The notes below the pieces were generated by a model. The model made no database searches, was not told the DNA's origin, and saw only the letters and a program-made list of their open reading frames with translations. The position numbers were made by a program, and so were the translations under genes. A DNA stretch of 2,254 nt from the NCBI GenBank assembly GCA_000004985.1, contig GG739275.1. The stretch is one strand, 5' to 3'. The stretch's first letter is position 1. Each line of letters begins with the position of its first letter. This stretch comes from Naegleria gruberi (lineage: Eukaryota). Positions 1 through 2,254 of the stretch are shown here, one piece after another.

Positions 1-250
1 ACAACCAAAACAACTTTTCAATTCTTCATCACTATCATCAATACTCGACACAATTCTCAGCTTTGTAACATCTCCCACAACACAAGTAAACTTTCTCTCA
101 TCATGCAAACAATTATATGAGGCAAAGAATTTCCTTCCGAAGAAGAGTTATCTACACAATATTCATCAACATTATTCTAAGATCATAAAGCAAAATGACA
201 AAGAAGCAATTTTGTATAGATTGGATGGTTTTTTACGGAATTTATATATT
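1..250 (+). promoter_or_regulatory. Upstream leader or promoter-like region. It is a CA-rich, G-poor tract typical of yeast 5' UTRs and carries out-of-frame upstream ATGs that form small uORFs at 102..188 and 195..254.
   Basis: Positions 1-110 contain about 5 G. ATG at 102 and at 117, same frame, runs to TAA at 186-188 (28 codons: MQTNYMRQRISFRRRVIYTIFINIILRS). ATG at 195 runs to TGA at 252-254 (19 codons: MTKKQFCIDWMVFYGIYIL) and overlaps ATG 251 out of frame. No TATA box, SD or -10/-35 is confidently identifiable. Confidence 0.4.
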
Positions 251-2077
251 ATGAATGGTGTGGAATTTGAACACGACATGATGGTCCACGATAATGAAGA
301 AACATTGGCCAAGATAAATTGTCATGTATTGAATGCTCATAACTATTATTTCAAGAATGGATTGATGGAGGTTTTGGGATTCTACTGTGAAGGAAGCTCT
401 GCGCATGAGGATGATGAAGATTCAGATGATGACAAAAATGACAGTGATAAAGAAGAGAAGTTCAAACCCAGTAATAGAGCGACGGATGGAATTGAGTATT
501 TTATCAAGAATTCATCGGTTCATGTGAAGTTTTTAACATATTCTGGTGAGCCAGTTGTCTTGCATCAAAATTTACACATCACAGGCACTGTTGGTCACTA
601 CTATTTGGCAAGAGAATTGGATGATTCTTCTTTGCTAACATTGGTTGAAATTACACAGAAAAGAATATTTGATATTCCTGCTTTTGAGAGTTTATTGTTT
701 TCTATTAAGGGAAATATTCAAATGGAAGTTTTATTTAGAATAATGCTTGGTATTGGAGGCATCACTTGTGTCGATTATTATTTGAACTTTATTCTCAATA
801 CTTATAATTATGTCAAAGAACCACCTCCTCCATCTAATAATAATAATGGAAAAACGAAGAATCAAAGTCCTATAATTAGTTATTTTGGAGAAAAAAAATA
901 TAATCGTAGAATAGATATTAATGATTATCGTCAATGTCCAGTGCCTTATCAACTAGATTCGTTAATTGACTTATTGAAATCAGGAGATGATTTAAGACAT
1001 ACGGAAAGAATGACTAAATATGTAATAGAATTAGTTTACAAATCGATGGCATCTTTTGCTTCCTATCCTAAAAAAGGCAACAAATACTATATTCCAGAAA
1101 TTGCAAATCAATTCATTTCAGGAAAATGCTTTTTGAAAAATGGAGAGTATAAATTCATAGTTACTTTGAGAAAGTCAAATGGTGGGAAATTCAAGCTTTT
1201 AATGTTTTTTCCTGATCATATAAATGGTGGAGATGATGAAGAAGTTTACGGGTATCAATATTTCAGGATTCTCTTGCTAGATAAATCAGAGAATAAGTTT
1301 TTAAGGGAGTGCTATTCGAATCGTAAAAGAAAGATCCAAAAGAAAGTGAAACAATTCATTGATGGAATATTGGAGGAAAATTTAGATTTCGAGTCTATTT
1401 GTGCCTGTATTGTCGGTTTGGTGTATAGTCGAGGATATCTTGTCAATTATATGAAACCTGGTAAAAGAGTTTGGAAAAATGTGCAAAATCTTGTACCAAG
1501 AAAAAGAAAAACTAAATCTGCCCCAATTCAAGCTGGTCAAATAGGAGATGATGGTTTGGATCTTGATCCTCTTACTATATTTTGGATAGATGAAGAGCTC
1601 ACTGCAGCTTATGATTATGGAGATGTCAAAACAATCAAAAATCCAAAAATCAAAGATGAAGCTTTTGAGTATGTCTCAAATCTCATTGCAAATTATAGAG
1701 CTATCAATAGAGATGACATAGACTATCAAACCTATGGAGCTTATAAGGATGCTCATGCCCTTTACTCGGAGCCAATAGTCGATGTCCATGATTTTGATTA
1801 TCAAGAAAAGAGTCTTTATTATGTTAATGGAAGGCACCATTATTGTGTTATTGTTAGTGGATATGACGAAATTGTAATTTGTGGAGAAGCTTCTAACGAA
1901 ATATTCTATTGGACTCCTTATTGTTTTTTCAGAGTTGGAGAACCAGAAGAAGGAACGTGTGATGAAACAGATACAAATTACGATTATTCACATCTGAAAC
2001 CTTTGAAAGAGCTCCAAAGTGTCACTTTTGATAATGTATTAGAAAATATAGAGGAATTTTTTGCTCAATTCAAATAA
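251..2077 (+). CDS. Hypothetical protein (about 608 aa from ATG 251), predicted nuclear. It has an acidic Ser/Asp/Glu tract, a Pro4-Ser-Asn4 run, two basic NLS-like clusters and a Tyr/Cys/His-rich C-terminal region. The true start is uncertain and the CDS may extend upstream beyond the window edge.
   Basis: One uninterrupted reading frame (window frame 2) runs to TAA at 2075-2077. Codon bias is consistent along the whole ORF: TTG/TTA Leu, AGA Arg, GAT, AAT, CAA, and a single in-frame CTG at 1994-1996. ATG 251 is the first in-frame ATG and has A at -3 (attATGa). Codon 212, used by the ORF track, is TTG. It has no SD and is not a eukaryotic start. The frame has no stop from position 2 to 251, so a 5'-partial CDS cannot be excluded. 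Confidence 0.75.
   Translation: MNGVEFEHDMMVHDNEETLAKINCHVLNAHNYYFKNGLMEVLGFYCEGSSAHEDDEDSDDDKNDSDKEEKFKPSNRATDGIEYFIKNSSVHVKFLTYSGEPVVLHQNLHITGTVGHYYLARELDDSSLLTLVEITQKRIFDIPAFESLLFSIKGNIQMEVLFRIMLGIGGITCVDYYLNFILNTYNYVKEPPPPSNNNNGKTKNQSPIISYFGEKKYNRRIDINDYRQCPVPYQLDSLIDLLKSGDDLRHTERMTKYVIELVYKSMASFASYPKKGNKYYIPEIANQFISGKCFLKNGEYKFIVTLRKSNGGKFKLLMFFPDHINGGDDEEVYGYQYFRILLLDKSENKFLRECYSNRKRKIQKKVKQFIDGILEENLDFESICACIVGLVYSRGYLVNYMKPGKRVWKNVQNLVPRKRKTKSAPIQAGQIGDDGLDLDPLTIFWIDEELTAAYDYGDVKTIKNPKIKDEAFEYVSNLIANYRAINRDDIDYQTYGAYKDAHALYSEPIVDVHDFDYQEKSLYYVNGRHHYCVIVSGYDEIVICGEASNEIFYWTPYCFFRVGEPEEGTCDETDTNYDYSHLKPLKELQSVTFDNVLENIEEFFAQFK
404..460 (+). repeat. Acidic low-complexity tract inside the CDS (HEDDEDSDDDKNDSDKEEK) with repeated GAT/GAA/GAC codons. 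It contains several S-x-x-D/E, casein-kinase-2-like sites.
   Basis: Codon-by-codon reading: gag gat gat gaa gat tca gat gat gac aaa aat gac agt gat aaa gaa gag aag. Confidence 0.8.
821..847 (+). repeat. Pro4-Ser-Asn4 codon run inside the CDS (cca cct cct cca tct aat aat aat aat).
   Basis: Direct reading of the in-frame codons. This kind of homopolymeric amino-acid run is typical of fungal and other eukaryotic low-complexity linkers and rare in bacteria. Confidence 0.85.
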
Positions 2078-2236
2078 AGATTTATTGACTCACTTTTGTT
2101 TATTTATTCATCTTGAAGGAATTTCACCATAATCTCAATGTTGTTTCTTACAAAGCTACATATCTATTTCCTATTGCATATTATTAACAATAACATTGTT
2201 GAACTGATTCATATTTTGCTATTTAAGGTTATGAAT
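2078..2236 (+). other. 3' UTR and intergenic spacer between the stop codon and the putative 5S start. It contains yeast-type UA-rich motifs plausible for 3' end formation.
   Basis: AT-rich sequence with tttatttatt (2099-2108), catatctattt (2158-2168) and a short palindrome aacaat-aac-attgtt (2186-2200). There is no GC hairpin plus T-run, so not a bacterial intrinsic terminator. No canonical AATAAA. The poly(A) site cannot be placed from sequence alone. Confidence 0.35.
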
Positions 2237-2254
2237 GGCTACGGCCATATCACG
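2237..2254 (+). rRNA. Probable 5' end of a 5S rRNA gene, truncated by the 3' edge of the window. Only the first 18 nt are visible.
   Basis: ggctacggccatatcacg is a GC-rich island (11/18 GC) in an otherwise AT-rich region. I compared it by eye with the conserved 5' end of eukaryotic 5S rRNAs as I remember them: budding yeast GGTTGCGGCCATATCTACC, vertebrate GTCTACGGCCATACCACC, insect ...CCATACCACGCTGAA. The 5-nt lead, CGGCC, and ATAYC spacing are all reproduced. Recognition is from memory, not a search, and the window ends before helix II, box A, IE or box C. Confidence 0.5.

Noticed and set aside
212-250. TTG at 212 used by the ORF track as the start codon (MYRLDGFLRNLYI...)
   Set aside because: TTG initiation is a bacterial ORF-caller convention. 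There is no Shine-Dalgarno upstream and the locus looks eukaryotic. The first in-frame ATG is at 251 with A at -3. The region 212-250 may still be coding if the true start lies upstream of the window.
891-898. A8 homopolymer inside the CDS (gga gaa aaa aaa tat)
   Set aside because: It encodes Glu-Lys-Lys in frame. Such runs are slippage-prone and a possible site for sequencing error, but the frame is intact on both sides, so there is no evidence of a frameshift or pseudogene.
731-952. 73-aa minus-strand ORF from the six-frame track
   Set aside because: It lies entirely antisense inside the long plus-strand CDS. Its translation is Ile/Phe/Ser-rich and nonsensical, as expected from an AT-rich antisense strand, and it has no start context. 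It is spurious.
1669-1674. GTATGT, the yeast 5' splice-site consensus, inside the CDS
   Set aside because: The reading frame continues uninterrupted with consistent codon bias. There is no TACTAAC branch point or downstream frame shift. This is a chance occurrence (Glu-Tyr-Val codons gag tat gtc).
2186-2200. Short palindrome aacaat-aac-attgtt in the 3' spacer
   Set aside because: It has 6-bp AT-rich arms with a 3-nt loop, a negligible stem with no T-run. It is not a credible terminator or structured RNA. It is noted only as a possible protein-binding dyad.
2231-2254. ATG at 2231 (MNGYGHIT) as the start of a downstream gene, possibly a tandem paralog. It shares the 10-mer ttatgaatgg with the start region of the main ORF (249-258 and 2229-2238).
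   Set aside because: A shared 10-mer is expected several times by chance in 2.2 kb of AT-rich DNA. The GC-rich sequence immediately following (ggctacggccatatc) is far better explained as the conserved 5' end of 5S rRNA. Only 8 codons are visible in any case.
1-2254. Prokaryotic defence or accessory system, operon, CRISPR array, or transposon
   Set aside because: There is only one gene, no repeats of CRISPR type, no inverted terminal repeats, and no SD or intrinsic terminators. The codon and low-complexity features are eukaryotic. No multi-gene system is detectable in this window.

Overview
This 2254-nt, AT-rich window contains essentially one gene: a single long plus-strand ORF whose stop codon TAA is at 2075-2077. 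The ORF track lists it as 212..2077, but the in-frame codon 212 is TTG, and the first in-frame ATG is at 251. Sequence character is eukaryotic, not prokaryotic. There is no Shine-Dalgarno sequence ahead of either candidate start, and no GC-rich hairpin plus T-run terminator after the stop. The leader at 1-110 is CA-rich and almost free of G (about 5 G in 110 nt), as in fungal 5' UTRs. Codon usage is ascomycete yeast-like: TTG/TTA for Leu, AGA for Arg, GGT/GGA for Gly, and CTG almost absent. The protein has an acidic Ser/Asp/Glu tract, a Pro4-Ser-Asn4 run and two Lys/Arg clusters that look like nuclear localisation signals. I do not recognise the roughly 608-621 aa product; it has several features of a nuclear protein but no motif I can name with confidence. 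I cannot settle the start. The reading frame stays open from codon 212 back to the 5' edge of the window, and three out-of-frame upstream ATGs (102, 117, 195) form small uORFs, one of which overlaps ATG 251. The CDS may therefore be 5'-partial in this window. The one clearly separate element is a GC-rich patch in the last 18 nt, ggctacggccatatcacg (2237-2254). It matches the conserved 5' end of eukaryotic 5S rRNA (G-N-Y-U-A/G-C-G-G-C-C-A-U-A-Y-C...), so a dispersed Pol III 5S gene probably begins about 160 nt downstream of the stop codon and runs off the window. I see no operon, defence system, CRISPR array, mobile element or multi-gene architecture.
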